Shown here piece after piece: positions 63,378 through 64,000 of a stretch of DNA of 64,000 nucleotides. The DNA is taken from NCBI GenBank assembly GCA_027492205.1, contig JAOZFN010000006.1, forward strand, positions 39,369 to 103,368. The letters are read 5' to 3'. Position numbers and translations under genes: made by a program. Numbering within the stretch: position 1 is the stretch's first letter; the number at the start of each line of letters is the position of its first letter. The notes below the pieces were generated by a model that saw nothing but the letters and a program-made list of their open reading frames with translations, had not been told where the DNA came from and searched no databases. Source of the stretch: Thermoproteota archaeon. Its GTDB lineage: Archaea > Korarchaeota > Korarchaeia > Korarchaeales > Korarchaeaceae.

Positions 63378-64000
63378 TCAGCCGCTCCGCCCGCCCCCCT
63401 CTTCCCTCTCCTTCCCGCGCCTCGCAACGTAGGCGAGGGGGTACTCCGCTAGAACCATTCGGTCGTCGAGCGGGGCAACCTCGACGAGTTCTCCCTCGAG
63501 GCCGAGCGACACGAGTTCCTCAGCCAGGTCAATCAGGGCCTCAGGGGCCACCCTTATCTCGCCCCGCTTGATCAGGATTCGCTCCTTCGGAACCCCCCTC
63601 CCCCTCAGTAGATCCAGCGCTAGGGAGAGCGCCTCTTCGTTCCCCTTCAACACGCCGTATACGAGGGACCCGCGCTCTTCCAGAGACTCGTAGGGCTCGG
63701 CGACGTTCTTGGCGCGCCTTCGCCACCTCATCCACATCTGGTGGTCCTTCTGCTGGGCTGGGCAGAAGTACCCGTCGATGCCCGTCTCTCGCTCGATGAA
63801 CTCCAGAACCCTCATGGCAGCCTCCCTGCTGCCCATGGCGGCCACCTCGCTGTCTGGCCTCGGCCTCATACCCATAGCCAGCAGGGACCGCCTGTTTCCC
63901 TCGGTGAACTCTAGCTCGTTCAGGTTCATGAACTCGGCCCCGGCCGAATCGAGGAACACCGCGAGGTCCCTCAGACGATCCTCCCAGGGGGAGCCAGGGA
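63378..64000 (-). CDS. Radical SAM protein (COG2108-like), C-terminal part; frame open to the window edge
   Basis: FMNLNELEFTE.N, GS.EAA, FC....KD..Q...R..RRA motifs. The CxxxCxxC motif would lie outside the window. Confidence 0.7.
   Translation of the reverse strand, partial: PGSPWEDRLRDLAVFLDSAGAEFMNLNELEFTEGNRRSLLAMGMRPRPDSEVAAMGSREAAMRVLEFIERETGIDGYFCPAQQKDHQMWMRWRRRAKNVAEPYESLEERGSLVYGVLKGNEEALSLALDLLRGRGVPKERILIKRGEIRVAPEALIDLAEELVSLGLEGELVEVAPLDDRMVLAEYPLAYVARRGKEREEGGGRSG

Noticed and set aside
1-64000. Many long alternative-frame and antisense ORFs (e.g. 7300-8286, 10606-11616, 15805-16959, 34918-36198)
   Set aside because: They are shadows of well-supported genes in high-GC DNA, with no recognisable motifs.
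1-64000. CRISPR arrays, transposases, integrases, inteins, tRNA introns
   Set aside because: I saw no periodic repeats, mobile-element genes or intein motifs in DP2, RadA, Rpo1 or Rpo2. Both tRNAs are intronless.

Overview
A 64 kb high-GC, gene-dense core-genome segment of a thermophilic archaeon. It is probably TACK and most consistent with Korarchaeota; this is inferred from the unsplit Rpo1, PolD, Elf1, S30e and single PCNA seen here. Contents in order: (1) fibrillarin (partial), nop5, rps30e, DUF460 and Lsm. (2) The RNA polymerase/str cluster rpo5-rpo2-rpo1-L30e-nusA-S12-S7. (3) A replication/translation superoperon: PolD DP2, OB-fold protein, PCNA, PriL, PriS, GINS15, L44e, S27e, aIF2alpha, Nop10. 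(4) A surface-protein locus interleaved with tRNA-Thr(TGT) and tRNA-Arg(TCT). (5) L12, alaS, DUF434 and mtnA. (6) A repair/RNA-modification/proteostasis block: GIY-YIG-HAD fusion, gyaR, ogg, radA, ubiquitin-like protein plus ncsA, two PAC2 proteins and Hsp20. (7) nurA-herA-mre11-rad50, acdA, tldDE, a nucleoside phosphorylase, pspA with a membrane winged-helix partner, a tRNA-binding OB protein, a beta-CASP RNase and a partial radical SAM gene. I saw no CRISPR array, transposase or integrase. The best novelty candidates are a PspA (ESCRT-III superfamily) gene paired with a two-TM protein whose winged helix resembles ESCRT-II Vps22; a GIY-YIG/HAD fusion beside glyoxylate reductase and OGG; a sulfur-carrier-like protein lacking the C-terminal GG, in frame with ncsA; strongly divergent RNAP bridge-helix and link motifs; and a low-GC patch with a candidate sRNA in the S-layer locus. 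All family assignments come from motif recognition by eye; no searches were run.
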